DNA of 64,000 bases, from NCBI GenBank assembly GCA_031701365.1, contig GCA_031701365.1_4118.1. One strand, 5' to 3'. Of the stretch, positions 42,192 through 51,446 are shown one piece after another. This stretch comes from Escherichia coli (lineage in GTDB: Bacteria > Pseudomonadota > Gammaproteobacteria > Enterobacterales > Enterobacteriaceae). The notes under the pieces are model-generated. The model searched no databases and was not told the origin of the DNA. It worked only from the letters and a program-made list of their open reading frames with translations. The translations under genes were made by a program, and so were the position numbers. Each line of letters opens with the position of its first letter. The first letter of the stretch is position 1.

Positions 42192-42713
42192 ATGTCGAAG
42201 AAGGATGCTTCGAAAAAACATTCAGTACATTTCAGTACTGGAAAGGACAACTGGACAACTCCCAAAGATTTCTTTGAAGATTTGGATGAGTTATGGGGAT
42301 TTACACTTGATGCTGCTTGTGTTGATGAGACTGCATTGTGTGATAACTATTTTACACCTGATGATAATTCTCTTGAACAAGACTGGGGAAAAAATATTGT
42401 TTGGTTAAATCCCCCATATAGTGATTTAAAAACTTGGTTAGCCAAGGCAGTAGATGCGTATAATAAAGGTGCTACAGTACTGATTCTAGTACCATCCAGG
42501 ACTGATACAATAGCATTTCAGGAATATGCAGCCAAAATATGTGATTGTATTTGTTTTATCAAAGGTAGATTACGTTTTGGTATTCCAGAAGAACCTGATA
42601 AGAAAACAGATTCAGCACCATTTCCTTCGTGTCTTATAGTCCTTGATAAGTACCTCACTACTGCTAAAATTAATTATCTTAAATCTCTCGGATTGGTGAT
42701 GAAGAATCTATGA
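42192..42713 (+). CDS. phage Dam-type DNA N6-adenine methyltransferase
   Basis: WTTP...LDAAC...WLNPPYS...LVPSRTDT...IKGRLRFG, the order of motifs typical of the small phage N6A-MTase family (Pfam Dam, PF05869). Confidence 0.85.
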   Translation: MSKKDASKKHSVHFSTGKDNWTTPKDFFEDLDELWGFTLDAACVDETALCDNYFTPDDNSLEQDWGKNIVWLNPPYSDLKTWLAKAVDAYNKGATVLILVPSRTDTIAFQEYAAKICDCICFIKGRLRFGIPEEPDKKTDSAPFPSCLIVLDKYLTTAKINYLKSLGLVMKNL

Positions 42714-43243
42714 AAGAAACATGTGTATTAACGTTTGGTCGTATTAATCCTGTACATCGTGGACATGGTTTAGTTTTTGAAAAGGCCAAAACATTACAAG
42801 AACAGTACAATGCTGATTTAAAAATATATCTAAGCACCAGTACTGACAATATAAAAAACCCACTCCCACCTGAACTAAAAATGTATTATACAGAGGGATT
42901 CTATCCTTCAGTGCAAGAGAACATCTACACAGAAGACAATCTATTTGATATAATGAGAGAACTGGATGGAAAGTACTTAGATGTTCTTTTCATTTGTGGT
43001 TCTGACCGTATTGATTCTTTTCAAAAAACTCTTGACATGTACAATGGTAAGTTGTATAATTTTTGTAGTATAAAAGCAATTCAGGCAGGTATTGACCGTA
43101 ATGTAAGTCAATATAGCTCAACACAAATGCGTAACTTCGCAAAAAATGAAGATTTTGATAGTTTTCGTGAGTTTTTACCTGGAAATGACGAGGACTTAAA
43201 AATACAATTATTTGAAGACGTTATAAAATACATGAGGAAATAA
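42710..43243 (+). CDS. nucleotidyltransferase, NMN adenylyltransferase-like
   Basis: ATGA overlap with the MTase; FGRINPVHRGH (HxGH motif) and SSTQMR (ISSTxxR-like motif). Confidence 0.6.
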   Translation: MKETCVLTFGRINPVHRGHGLVFEKAKTLQEQYNADLKIYLSTSTDNIKNPLPPELKMYYTEGFYPSVQENIYTEDNLFDIMRELDGKYLDVLFICGSDRIDSFQKTLDMYNGKLYNFCSIKAIQAGIDRNVSQYSSTQMRNFAKNEDFDSFREFLPGNDEDLKIQLFEDVIKYMRK

Positions 43244-43245
43244 TT

Positions 43246-43539
43246 ATGTCAGTACTGTTCAAAACCAATCCAGTACTTTGGGATCAAAATGAGCAATCAG
43301 GATTTCGTTCCATCCATGTTGAATACAAAGGTAATACTGTAGTTGCAATTATTGCTAACAAAACTCTAGGAAACTGGACTGCACAGGTTGTTCCTATGGG
43401 ATATTCTTACACATCTGATGAGGTACAATTCTTGGCTGAACTATATCGCCAAGTGCCGTTTATCATTAATGTACTAGAAGGTAATGATACATTATCACAT
43501 GCAGATGTGATTAATTTTCTTGGAAACTTGCATGTGTGA
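43246..43539 (+). CDS. hypothetical protein (97 aa)
   Basis: GAGGAAA SD. Confidence 0.7.
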   Translation: MSVLFKTNPVLWDQNEQSGFRSIHVEYKGNTVVAIIANKTLGNWTAQVVPMGYSYTSDEVQFLAELYRQVPFIINVLEGNDTLSHADVINFLGNLHV

Positions 43540-43819
43540 TGAAATAAATCTTACAGGATATTTTTTACAAGAATCAATGATTAAATTTAGTGAAAAATTT
43601 TCAGTACTGGATGGTATCGAAATGTGGCATGTCAAACCACTGTTCCACACTTTCAGTAAAGAGCACAAAATGTTATTGACTGAAGCGAGTAAATCAAATA
43701 ACATATGTGAAATCAAAATTGGTGTAAATGTCTATAAAGGGATGGTTATCTTTTTTGACAATAACAGCAACTACTTTTATATTGTTAAGGAGCATTACGT
43801 TGACAAATACAAATACTAA
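43532..43819 (+). CDS. hypothetical protein (95 aa)
   Basis: Track TTG 43520 trimmed to ATG 43532. Confidence 0.6.
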   Translation: MCDEINLTGYFLQESMIKFSEKFSVLDGIEMWHVKPLFHTFSKEHKMLLTEASKSNNICEIKIGVNVYKGMVIFFDNNSNYFYIVKEHYVDKYKY

Positions 43820-44414
43820 TACATACTTCCGTTATCTTCGCTTAGGTCTTTCCCTACGTCCGATCCGTGGAAAGTGCGATTCACTCGCTGATCTTGACTA
43901 TGCATATGCATTACATCATGAAGGTGTACAGTATGTATTGGGTGATTATGGTGAATTTGAAGAAACAAATGACAGTACTGGAATTAATGCTGGTGTAGAA
44001 AATCTTAACAACATTGCTAACAGTTCTCGCCATGACATTGTGTTACAGATTCAAAACTTTATTGAGCAGCACACAGGTAAACGTGTTTGGTGCTATGTCG
44101 GTACTGATGCACAAATGTCAATTTCATTCGGTAACGATGAAGGATATGTTGCACAGCTTATTATGGATTTTGAATCTGAAGAGAAGTTTTTAGAATTCAA
44201 AGAAAAGATTATTCAGTCACTTGTTGATATGGGTATCCCCGAAGATAAAATGCCAGAAGTTCAAAACATTGATGAATTTGTTTTGATTCCATCTGATGAG
44301 AAATATGATGCAATGTTTACTGCCCTTAATATTCCAGGAGTTATTGTGGAGTACTTTGATGATGGTGATGATAGTATCTATATCGATCTAGATGACGATG
44401 ACGACGATGAATAA
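43800..44414 (+). CDS. highly acidic protein with poly-Asp tail (204 aa)
   Basis: Track ORF 43728 overlaps the upstream gene; trimmed to TTG 43800, 7 nt after a perfect AAGGAG. TNTNTNT N-terminus; C-terminus YIDLDDDDDDE. Confidence 0.65.
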   Translation: MTNTNTNTYFRYLRLGLSLRPIRGKCDSLADLDYAYALHHEGVQYVLGDYGEFEETNDSTGINAGVENLNNIANSSRHDIVLQIQNFIEQHTGKRVWCYVGTDAQMSISFGNDEGYVAQLIMDFESEEKFLEFKEKIIQSLVDMGIPEDKMPEVQNIDEFVLIPSDEKYDAMFTALNIPGVIVEYFDDGDDSIYIDLDDDDDDE

Positions 44415-44419
44415 TGTAC

Positions 44420-44449
44420 ATAGCCCGACATAAGTTCGGGCTATTTTTG
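44420..44449 (+). terminator. rho-independent terminator
   Basis: Perfect 9-bp stem ATAGCCCGA/TCGGGCTAT, loop CATAAGT, then TTTTG. Confidence 0.8.
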
Positions 44450-44460
44450 TAAGGGGATAT

Positions 44461-44736
44461 ATGAATTATAAAGTTCTACAATATACATACAGTGTTTTGT
44501 TTGATTTACATCACAATGGAAGATATCTCAATACAATACGAGAAAACACATTCACTCATACTATCTGGATTAATCACTTAATAATGATACGTGAATATTT
44601 TGTTAATAGTGAGATAATCATTCGTGGTAAAAAACATAAGATAGAACAAGTTAATAGTTTTGGTGGTAAATTAGTACTATCATTTATAGATAGTAATACT
44701 AATGAAAGATATAGTATAGATTTGGTGGACATATGA
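44461..44736 (+). CDS. family-C small protein
   Basis: AAGGGGA SD; MNYKVLQYTYSVLFDL...IIIRGKKHKIEQV. Confidence 0.75.
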   Translation: MNYKVLQYTYSVLFDLHHNGRYLNTIRENTFTHTIWINHLIMIREYFVNSEIIIRGKKHKIEQVNSFGGKLVLSFIDSNTNERYSIDLVDI

Positions 44737-44999
44737 ATTATAAAGATTTCCTACTAACATACAAGATTATTCGAGATTTAGCACACGACAATGATAGCCC
44801 TAGTCTAGAAGACACATGCACTGAAATGATTCATACGATTCGTGGTAAGATTAAAAAAAAATTCAGTACTGTTATTATTGGTGATGACCATGCAGAATTT
44901 TCTGATATAATCATTAGACGTGATGGTAAAGTTGAGGTTCAGTACTACACTGATTTTGGATTTACCAGTATTCCGTTGGAGATATTCCCTTGGGATTAA
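44733..44999 (+). CDS. family-C small protein
   Basis: ATGA overlap; MNYKDFLLTYKIIRDL. Confidence 0.75.
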   Translation: MNYKDFLLTYKIIRDLAHDNDSPSLEDTCTEMIHTIRGKIKKKFSTVIIGDDHAEFSDIIIRRDGKVEVQYYTDFGFTSIPLEIFPWD

Positions 45000-45301
45000 A
45001 TTTAAATGATATACAATTCACTTATAAGATCCTATATGATTTGTATGATGTATACCTTGTTAGTAACAAAATAGGTTCACATAACCCATACAAAGAACAA
45101 CCATTTATTGATTTATATATTGAGTACTTAGATTCAGTAGGTGAATATATAAAAAAGAATTACAGTACTTTTATCGACGGAAATGATATATTCGAGTTCT
45201 CTGGAGTTAAATCATACAATGGGATTATCCATGTTGAATTTCTTGAAATAACCGATAGGGGATTTATCGAGATTAAAGTTGTGAAGTTGGTGAATTTATA
45301 A
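44990..45301 (+). CDS. family-C small protein
   Basis: TTG start (no in-frame ATG); LNLNDIQFTYKILYDLY parallels the next gene. Confidence 0.65.
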   Translation: MGLNLNDIQFTYKILYDLYDVYLVSNKIGSHNPYKEQPFIDLYIEYLDSVGEYIKKNYSTFIDGNDIFEFSGVKSYNGIIHVEFLEITDRGFIEIKVVKLVNL

Positions 45302-45311
45302 GAGGTTACAT

Positions 45312-45623
45312 ATGTTATTAAATGATATACAATTCACATACAAATTTTTGTATATCCAATACGCTACGGTTGATGCTGGAGAATATCTCTACGGTGAAAT
45401 CTATCGTTCGGTATGGATAAAGTTTTTGGATGAATTACATGAATATTACCATGATTTGTGTATAGTTCGTGATAATAAAATATACAAATTCCGCGATATT
45501 GTTAGTCATAGCGGTAAGCTACGATTGGAATTAAGTACTGATAGTGATGTTGATTGGATTGGTGTAAATTTACTGGAGTTGGAGAATGAAAAACAACTTA
45601 AAGGAAATACAAGTATTTTATAA
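45312..45623 (+). CDS. family-C small protein
   Basis: GAGGT SD; MLLNDIQFTYKFLYIQY. Confidence 0.75.
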   Translation: MLLNDIQFTYKFLYIQYATVDAGEYLYGEIYRSVWIKFLDELHEYYHDLCIVRDNKIYKFRDIVSHSGKLRLELSTDSDVDWIGVNLLELENEKQLKGNTSIL

Positions 45624-45870
45624 ATTCTTATACTTGTCATATGTAAAAGATGAGTACTATGAAAGTGTGTATTATTTTTTATGGCAACATTACCGTACTA
45701 TAGTAAGAGATTTATATATAGGAAAATCTATCATATCCAATGGTGAAAGATGTATATGTACTGATGTTGTTAGTTTTAATGGTTCTTTAACACTGTGTTT
45801 CAGATGCGATAATAATAGTGGGTCATTTTCATTAAACGTATATCAGTTAGAAGGAATAAATTTTGAATAA
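45586..45870 (+). CDS. family-C small protein
   Basis: MKNNLKEIQVFYKFLYLSY...LYIGKSIISNG. Confidence 0.75.
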   Translation: MKNNLKEIQVFYKFLYLSYVKDEYYESVYYFLWQHYRTIVRDLYIGKSIISNGERCICTDVVSFNGSLTLCFRCDNNSGSFSLNVYQLEGINFE

Positions 45871-46063
45871 ATGTCCATATTGTAACAGTACTCAATTAGC
45901 TCGTTTCCGTTTAGATTCAGACTGGGCGACGGGTGCTGGTGATTTCTTCCCTATCAATGATGATGCAGAATACACCGAAGAACAACACAAAGATTTTGAT
46001 AAATCATGGCGACCTGACATTGAGTGCATTTATTGCCTTAATTGTGAGCGTGTTCATGACTAA
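45863..46063 (+). CDS. zinc-ribbon mini-protein (66 aa)
   Basis: TTG start 7 nt after AAGGA; CPYC...(44 aa)...CLNC cysteine pairs. Confidence 0.6.
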   Translation: MNKCPYCNSTQLARFRLDSDWATGAGDFFPINDDAEYTEEQHKDFDKSWRPDIECIYCLNCERVHD

Positions 46064-46319
46064 AGCTGAACTAATAGTTCATACATATAAAATGATATCA
46101 AGTACTGAGTTATCATATAGTGCAGATAATCCAGTACTGGATTATTTTGTTGAATTATTGAAAGAGCATTATATTGGTAAATCACTGATTCTTAATAATA
46201 TTAATTTCACGGTAAAGGATGTAGCACCTGGAAAAAACGTACTAATAGTATGTGTTACTTCATCTGATAACCCAGTATACCCAATATCAATAATTTTTGA
46301 GATATTAGGAGATTTATGA
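46056..46319 (+). CDS. family-C small protein
   Basis: Track ORF 45933 trimmed to ATG 46056 (MTKAELIVHTYKM); KEHYIGKSLIL. Confidence 0.7.
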   Translation: MTKAELIVHTYKMISSTELSYSADNPVLDYFVELLKEHYIGKSLILNNINFTVKDVAPGKNVLIVCVTSSDNPVYPISIIFEILGDL

Positions 46320-46606
46320 ATATCATTTTAATGCAGAAAACATATGCTATATTGGTGAAAGATTATTCCATTACTTTCGATTCACAAGAAAGTGCTCTAC
46401 ATAACCTATACAAAAACGTAACACAAGAATACAGAAATATGTTTTCTGACTTAGTAGTAGGAAGGTATTTCAGTACTAGAAAATACCCAAAACTTCAAAT
46501 AGTTGATGTTTCTTTTTATTTCAATGGTCATATTACTATTCATAGTTTAGACCAAGATTCAACAACGTACTTAAACTTTTCATTTGATGAGGTAACATTT
46601 TTATGA
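46316..46606 (+). CDS. family-C small protein
   Basis: ATGA overlap; MNIILMQKTYAILVKDY...DLVVGRYF. Confidence 0.75.
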   Translation: MNIILMQKTYAILVKDYSITFDSQESALHNLYKNVTQEYRNMFSDLVVGRYFSTRKYPKLQIVDVSFYFNGHITIHSLDQDSTTYLNFSFDEVTFL

Positions 46607-46785
46607 GAACAGTATTTTTTATCTGGAGTCTTTTTTCATTGGCAGTACTGACAGTTTCAGGTGCTTATTCATTTTTAACAATGAACACATGGTATGTTAA
46701 TTTACTATTCCCAATTGTTGGTGTTGGTTTAGGATTTACTTTACATAGTGTATGTAAGGATTACAATGACAAATACAACAAATGA
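46603..46785 (+). CDS. small membrane protein (60 aa, two predicted TM helices)
   Basis: ATGA overlap; FFIWSLFSLAVLTVSGAYSF and LLFPIVGVGLGFTLHSV hydrophobic segments. Confidence 0.65.
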   Translation: MRTVFFIWSLFSLAVLTVSGAYSFLTMNTWYVNLLFPIVGVGLGFTLHSVCKDYNDKYNK

Positions 46786-47050
46786 AGTTCTTATTGCTGA
46801 AACAATGAAGATGATTTACTTTATTACTACGGCACAGGATTTGTCTTATCCAGTAAAATCGTTACTTAGGTCAATGTATCTTGATATTGTAAAAGAATAT
46901 TATAAATCTAAACACAGAAGCATTATTAGTGTTTATCGTGATTATGAAAGGATTCGTATTTTATTCTGGAACAAGAATCGAGTACGTTCTGAATGTGATC
47001 TAGTAGATTTTAAATTAGAGAATCTTTATTGCTATAAACAGGGACAATAG
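46766..47050 (+). CDS. family-C-like small protein
   Basis: Track GTG 46748 trimmed to ATG 46766, 7 nt after AAGGA. Confidence 0.65.
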   Translation: MTNTTNEVLIAETMKMIYFITTAQDLSYPVKSLLRSMYLDIVKEYYKSKHRSIISVYRDYERIRILFWNKNRVRSECDLVDFKLENLYCYKQGQ

Positions 47051-47059
47051 TCTAATTCA

Positions 47060-47068
47060 TGATATAAT
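47060..47068 (+). promoter_or_regulatory. extended -10 element TGATATAAT
   Basis: TGa+TATAAT at 47060-47068 in the 58-bp gap before the 47109 gene; weak -35. Confidence 0.45.
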
Positions 47069-47108
47069 AATGGGTAAGGAACAATAATTAACACAAGGAG
47101 TGTGTGAA

Positions 47109-47837
47109 ATGCTTGACCGTATCCGTTTCGCTACAGAGATGGCGAATGAATTAAACATGGCAAATTTCCAAATGTTAACATCAGTAATGGCTGAACATGC
47201 ATGTGCTTATTCTGTAAGTGGTGTGCAGTGTGGTCAGGAGAATATGTTAGCAGATGTTTATAGTGAAGTACAAAGTAAGCAATATAGTGTAAAGACATAT
47301 AAGGATAAGTTTGTTAGTCTTTATATGAACGAAGATATTGCCGAAGACCGCAAATTCACTGATTTTATTATTGAACGCCGAGTATCAGGTGTATCTAATC
47401 CTAATGCATCAAGCGATGAAGTTTTTGCAGAAGTACTGAAAGATATATACGAAAATGAATTAAAAAGTAAGAATCATTACAATGTACGTGAAACTAACAC
47501 AGTGCTCTTGGGATATGATGAAGACGAAGAATACTATTATTTTCGTATGACTGAAGTTCCTTTTGAATACAAATCTCCATATACAACTACAGTGAAAGAA
47601 TTTACTGAAAAAAGTAAAAACTTTATGAAGCATGAAGGAAATCGTTGTAGTATAAATGGTTATGACGAAAATGGCATTCACATTTATGAATGGGTTCACC
47701 CAAATTGTCAGACATACACTCGTTGCTTGAAAAAACGTTATAATTTAGAAGAGCATGAATCATTCTATTTTAAAGTTAAGAAGCAAGGTTATACTCGCCC
47801 CGCCGATTCTGAATTGATGGGTATGATATATTTCTAA
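47109..47837 (+). CDS. hypothetical protein (242 aa)
   Basis: Track GTG 47100 overlaps the SD; trimmed to ATG 47109, 8 nt after AAGGAG. Confidence 0.75.
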   Translation: MLDRIRFATEMANELNMANFQMLTSVMAEHACAYSVSGVQCGQENMLADVYSEVQSKQYSVKTYKDKFVSLYMNEDIAEDRKFTDFIIERRVSGVSNPNASSDEVFAEVLKDIYENELKSKNHYNVRETNTVLLGYDEDEEYYYFRMTEVPFEYKSPYTTTVKEFTEKSKNFMKHEGNRCSINGYDENGIHIYEWVHPNCQTYTRCLKKRYNLEEHESFYFKVKKQGYTRPADSELMGMIYF

Positions 47838-47847
47838 GGAAACTGCT

Positions 47848-48129
47848 ATGGATTTTTATCTACACACATGGACATACGAACAATATATTACATTATATCT
47901 TGAAATTATTAACACAGAACCTAGGTGTGGTTGTTGGTTCGCAGATATCATAAAAGAGTATGCGGACGAATTTGAGTTCGTGTATCTTGGTACTGATATA
48001 TTTGTAAAAAGTGTAGGTAAAACCGGACGAATCACTGATATAGATTACGACACTGTTAGTGTGAATTTCTATGTTGATTTTCCTGATGCTGGCGTTGATG
48101 GTGTATATTGTCTTTATGAAATAATTTAA
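47848..48129 (+). CDS. family-C-like small protein
   Basis: AAGGAAA SD; 93 aa with a beta-rich C-half. Confidence 0.65.
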   Translation: MDFYLHTWTYEQYITLYLEIINTEPRCGCWFADIIKEYADEFEFVYLGTDIFVKSVGKTGRITDIDYDTVSVNFYVDFPDAGVDGVYCLYEII

Positions 48130-48136
48130 ATTTTTA

Positions 48137-48160
48137 GGCCAGCGTTTGCTGGTCTTTTTT
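48137..48160 (+). terminator. rho-independent terminator
   Basis: Stem GGCCAGC/GCTGGTC (one G.U), loop GTTT, then TTTTTT. Confidence 0.75.
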
Positions 48161-48173
48161 CGCAGGTACAAAG

Positions 48174-48476
48174 ATGTTCAGTATAGATTTAATTAACAGT
48201 ACTATCAAAATGTTGGCAGATTTGGTGAGACAATCCAATGGAACTTTATATTCTGCAATGTATAAAATGTTTGACCGATATATCAAGGATTGTAACATAT
48301 CATTATATGGACTTGCTGTTGATATAGACGATTACTATGGAATTAATACTTCATATAAAACAGGAATTTTAATTGGTATTAATATAAAGATGGGGTATTT
48401 CCCTTATTACTGTATAGGATTACCAGATAATACTTTGGTAGAATATCCAGCCAGTACTATAAAAATAAGAGGATAA
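48174..48476 (+). CDS. hypothetical protein (100 aa)
   Basis: ORF after the terminator; weak SD (AGG). Confidence 0.6.
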   Translation: MFSIDLINSTIKMLADLVRQSNGTLYSAMYKMFDRYIKDCNISLYGLAVDIDDYYGINTSYKTGILIGINIKMGYFPYYCIGLPDNTLVEYPASTIKIRG

Positions 48477-48483
48477 AACTAAA

Positions 48484-49062
48484 ATGAATGTATTAGAATT
48501 AAGTACTAAGCTGATTACTATGCGTAACGAGTGGTACGATTGGTTTTATAATGGTACTGATATGGATTTTTCAAAATATCCATTTATGGAATCAGGATGT
48601 GATGCAAGATACCGCTGGTTGAGCAAAGATTGTTCTGGTTTACATATTCTAGTTGACGATAGTGGTCAGGGAATTATAAAAGATTTACTTCAAGTTGAAC
48701 AACTCGTCCATGATAATTGGTGTGATAACGATCCATACCTTGGAAATATGATTTATGTAAGTGAAGATGATTGCATATTCGTTATCCAGCGTCATGGTAA
48801 TTCTATGTTTTATGTAGCAGACAGCAGTACTCCAGAAGGTGCAGCAGCCGATGGTCTTATGCCTAAGATTGATATATTGGAATTTGGATTACCTGAGCAC
48901 TTCCAGATTAGTACTTTATACGATATTCCACCACTTGAGTTCTTTGAAGAATTTAAATTGTACTACAATGATCTTCAAAAATTGAGTACTGAGAGTCGCC
49001 TTGAAATAACCGTCAAGTACATGGACGGAACGAAATTAACCGATACGGGGATAGAATTTTGA
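48484..49062 (+). CDS. family-B protein (long form, outlier copy)
   Basis: Motif LPEHFQISTLYD. Confidence 0.75.
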   Translation: MNVLELSTKLITMRNEWYDWFYNGTDMDFSKYPFMESGCDARYRWLSKDCSGLHILVDDSGQGIIKDLLQVEQLVHDNWCDNDPYLGNMIYVSEDDCIFVIQRHGNSMFYVADSSTPEGAAADGLMPKIDILEFGLPEHFQISTLYDIPPLEFFEEFKLYYNDLQKLSTESRLEITVKYMDGTKLTDTGIEF

Positions 49063-49748
49063 TTAAAGATTTAGATAGAATTTTATATGTACTAAGGGGT
49101 GTAATTACATTACATCCACAAATCAATCGAATTGAAAGTACATTTCAGTTGGAGTCAAGAGAAACTCCATATTCACATATATCAAATGTAGTTGGTTCAC
49201 TCAGTACTGAAGACTCGTCTTACGATATTTGTGTATGTGAAGTTCAACCAAGTTCGGATCTTGGATTTGCTATTTTTGATAAAGAACAAAATCTCATTAG
49301 TATGTTTCAGTGCAATAATCCTTTTTGGAAAACATGCCTGTATCCAGAGTGGGCTATGCTTGATCCAACCAAGAGTACCATTAAAGTTTATGACTCTAAA
49401 AATGATGAAGTCGCTATTGATTTGGATGAGTCAATGTCAGAGGAAGAACACTTTCAGCTAATGATGATGCGTGCTATGCCTGAGTACAATGCAATGATTA
49501 ACACTGTGCAATACATTAAGGATACTATGCCATCATTGCGTACACATGAGTTTTGTCATCCTGTATTGTATGAACATTTGGATTTAGATTTCAGTACTAT
49601 TAAATTCAAAGATAGTATTATAAAATATATTCAAGAAAATGTTAAATTTAATTTCATTAGTACTATGAACAATAATCCAAAAACGAATTTTAGGCATCAG
49701 TACAATGAATCTTTTTCTAATGGTCGTGATACCAGTTGGTGGAAATAA
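49059..49748 (+). CDS. family-B protein (long form, outlier copy)
   Basis: TTG start overlapping the upstream TGA (no nearby ATG); motif SEEEHFQLMMMRA. Confidence 0.65.
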   Translation: MIKDLDRILYVLRGVITLHPQINRIESTFQLESRETPYSHISNVVGSLSTEDSSYDICVCEVQPSSDLGFAIFDKEQNLISMFQCNNPFWKTCLYPEWAMLDPTKSTIKVYDSKNDEVAIDLDESMSEEEHFQLMMMRAMPEYNAMINTVQYIKDTMPSLRTHEFCHPVLYEHLDLDFSTIKFKDSIIKYIQENVKFNFISTMNNNPKTNFRHQYNESFSNGRDTSWWK

Positions 49749-49749
49749 C

Positions 49750-50013
49750 ATGAATATCCAAGATAGATTACAATTACTGTACACACTTGAACAGGCTGCT
49801 TTTGAACTTGTTCGAAAAATATCAGATGAACTACCTAAAGGAACTAAAGTTCGTGTACGTGAGATGAATTATTTTTCTGGAGTAATTGAAGAACAAGTAC
49901 TAACAGTGAATAAAGTAACATACTATGAATCTGAGTTGTCTATTCAGTGTGAATCGGATGATGGATTAATATCATATTATGGAACTGATGTAGATATAGA
50001 GGTAATAAAATGA
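49750..50013 (+). CDS. family-C small protein
   Basis: Track ORF 49705 trimmed to ATG 49750 after GGTGGAAA; SDELPKGTKVRVRE. Confidence 0.7.
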   Translation: MNIQDRLQLLYTLEQAAFELVRKISDELPKGTKVRVREMNYFSGVIEEQVLTVNKVTYYESELSIQCESDDGLISYYGTDVDIEVIK

Positions 50014-51152
50014 CCCTTTTACAAATATATGAAGATTTAATGCACTTATGTAATACAAACGATGCATTCTTTTATGTGGATCATAAAAGTCCTGCTGGTG
50101 GCACGTATCGTGTATTCAGTTATCGCCTAGCATCATACACTGATTTCATGCAACCAAATGCGTTGGAAACCCGTGGCTCTATGTGGGAAATTGATGAAGA
50201 AGGTGACATGATACGTTGTGCAGCACGTACAATGAAAAAGTTCTTCAATGCTTACGAGAATCCTGCTACAATGTTCCCTGCTAACACCACATGCGATGAC
50301 ATTGCGGTCGTGATGCCTAAGTTGGATGGTTCGATTATCAGTACTTATCGTGATAATGATGGTGAGATTCGTTGTAAATCACATACTGCATTGTATTCTG
50401 ACCATGCGATTAACAGTACTCGACTTATTAACGAGAACCAGAATTTGTATCAGTACATCGACGAAGCGGAACGTTTAGGTTACACAGTTAATATGGAGTA
50501 TACAAGCCCAGAGTACCGAATTGTATTACCATATCAGGTAGAACAACTGTTTGTACTGAACGTTCGACATCGTGTGAGTGGTGAGTTGCTATGTGGTAAA
50601 GCACTACGTGATAAGTTTCCATGTCTTGCACAGTACAGTACTAATATGACCGGAAAAGATATTCATCACACTTTTCCGGTACGAAATACCTTCCGTGAAA
50701 GCGTGGAGGAAGTTCATAAAATGCTTGATATTGAGGGTTTTGTGTGCATCCTAAATAATGGGACAATGTGTAAAATAAAAACTGACTGGTACAGTTCATT
50801 ACATCTTACAAAAGATAGTATTATTATTGATTCTCATTTATATGAAGCCGTATTAAATGGTTCAAGTGATGATTTAAAACAATTGTTCAGTACTGATGAA
50901 TATGCTATGCAAAAGATATTAAGAATGGAACATTTGGTATTTTCGTGCTATAATGCATTACAAGATGAAGTAGAAAGCTTCGTCAAGGAACACAAGCACT
51001 TGGAGCGAAAGGAATTCGCAATGAAGGTTCAGGAGTGTTTAACTAATGAACTGAATCGTCAGGGCTTGGCCTTTGCAATGTATAACAATAAGAAAGTTGA
51101 TTACAAAGAGACTCTTATAAAATACATGAAAATTGTACTAAAGGATTTTTAG
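50010..51152 (+). CDS. rnlA: RNA ligase 1 (T4 RnlA-like)
   Basis: 380 aa. The N-terminus parallels T4 Rnl1 (GGTYRVFSY...ALETRG...KFFN). Adenylylation motif I is PKLDGS; EGFV and KIKTDWY motifs follow. Confidence 0.9.
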   Translation: MTLLQIYEDLMHLCNTNDAFFYVDHKSPAGGTYRVFSYRLASYTDFMQPNALETRGSMWEIDEEGDMIRCAARTMKKFFNAYENPATMFPANTTCDDIAVVMPKLDGSIISTYRDNDGEIRCKSHTALYSDHAINSTRLINENQNLYQYIDEAERLGYTVNMEYTSPEYRIVLPYQVEQLFVLNVRHRVSGELLCGKALRDKFPCLAQYSTNMTGKDIHHTFPVRNTFRESVEEVHKMLDIEGFVCILNNGTMCKIKTDWYSSLHLTKDSIIIDSHLYEAVLNGSSDDLKQLFSTDEYAMQKILRMEHLVFSCYNALQDEVESFVKEHKHLERKEFAMKVQECLTNELNRQGLAFAMYNNKKVDYKETLIKYMKIVLKDF

Positions 51153-51182
51153 TACTATCTAGCCTAAGCACAAGGAGAAGTG

Positions 51183-51437
51183 ATGGCTAAACCTAAGTAT
51201 AAAAATGACGGTTCCCTTTCTCCGACTGAGTTCAGGAAAATACAAGAAGAAATCGATGAATTACAGCACAAACGCTCAATGAAAGGTGTGAAGATAAGTA
51301 AGAAACGAATCGAGAATACCTTCGGATGTAGTAGTACTGAATACAAGAAGAAAAGGAAACCAAAAGGTGTTAAGCCGAGAATACATGATGTAACTCGCTA
51401 TACATCGAAACGTGAAAATAAATTTGATCCACTATAA
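51183..51437 (+). CDS. highly basic small protein (84 aa)
   Basis: ATG 5 nt after AAGGAG (track GTG 51180); K/R-rich, KKKRKPKGVKPR. Confidence 0.7.
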   Translation: MAKPKYKNDGSLSPTEFRKIQEEIDELQHKRSMKGVKISKKRIENTFGCSSTEYKKKRKPKGVKPRIHDVTRYTSKRENKFDPL

Positions 51438-51446
51438 GGAGTTCAT

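Larger units (their letters stand above)
44461..47050 (+). repeat. tandem run of family-C genes (8 copies plus a Zn-ribbon gene and a membrane mini-gene)
   Basis: Consecutive 87-103-aa ORFs share the N-terminal x-[FY]-TYK-[IF]-L-Y-D-L helix, a central (K/E)-x-Y-x-x-x-x-I segment and a beta-rich C-half. Confidence 0.75.

Noticed and set aside
42946-44911. Additional TGATATAAT elements inside coding sequence (42946-42954 in the NMNAT-like gene; 44903-44911 in a family-C gene).
   Set aside because: They could be internal promoters. However, they are intragenic, have no -35 or terminator context, and are plausible chance occurrences in AT-rich DNA. They are not reported as features.
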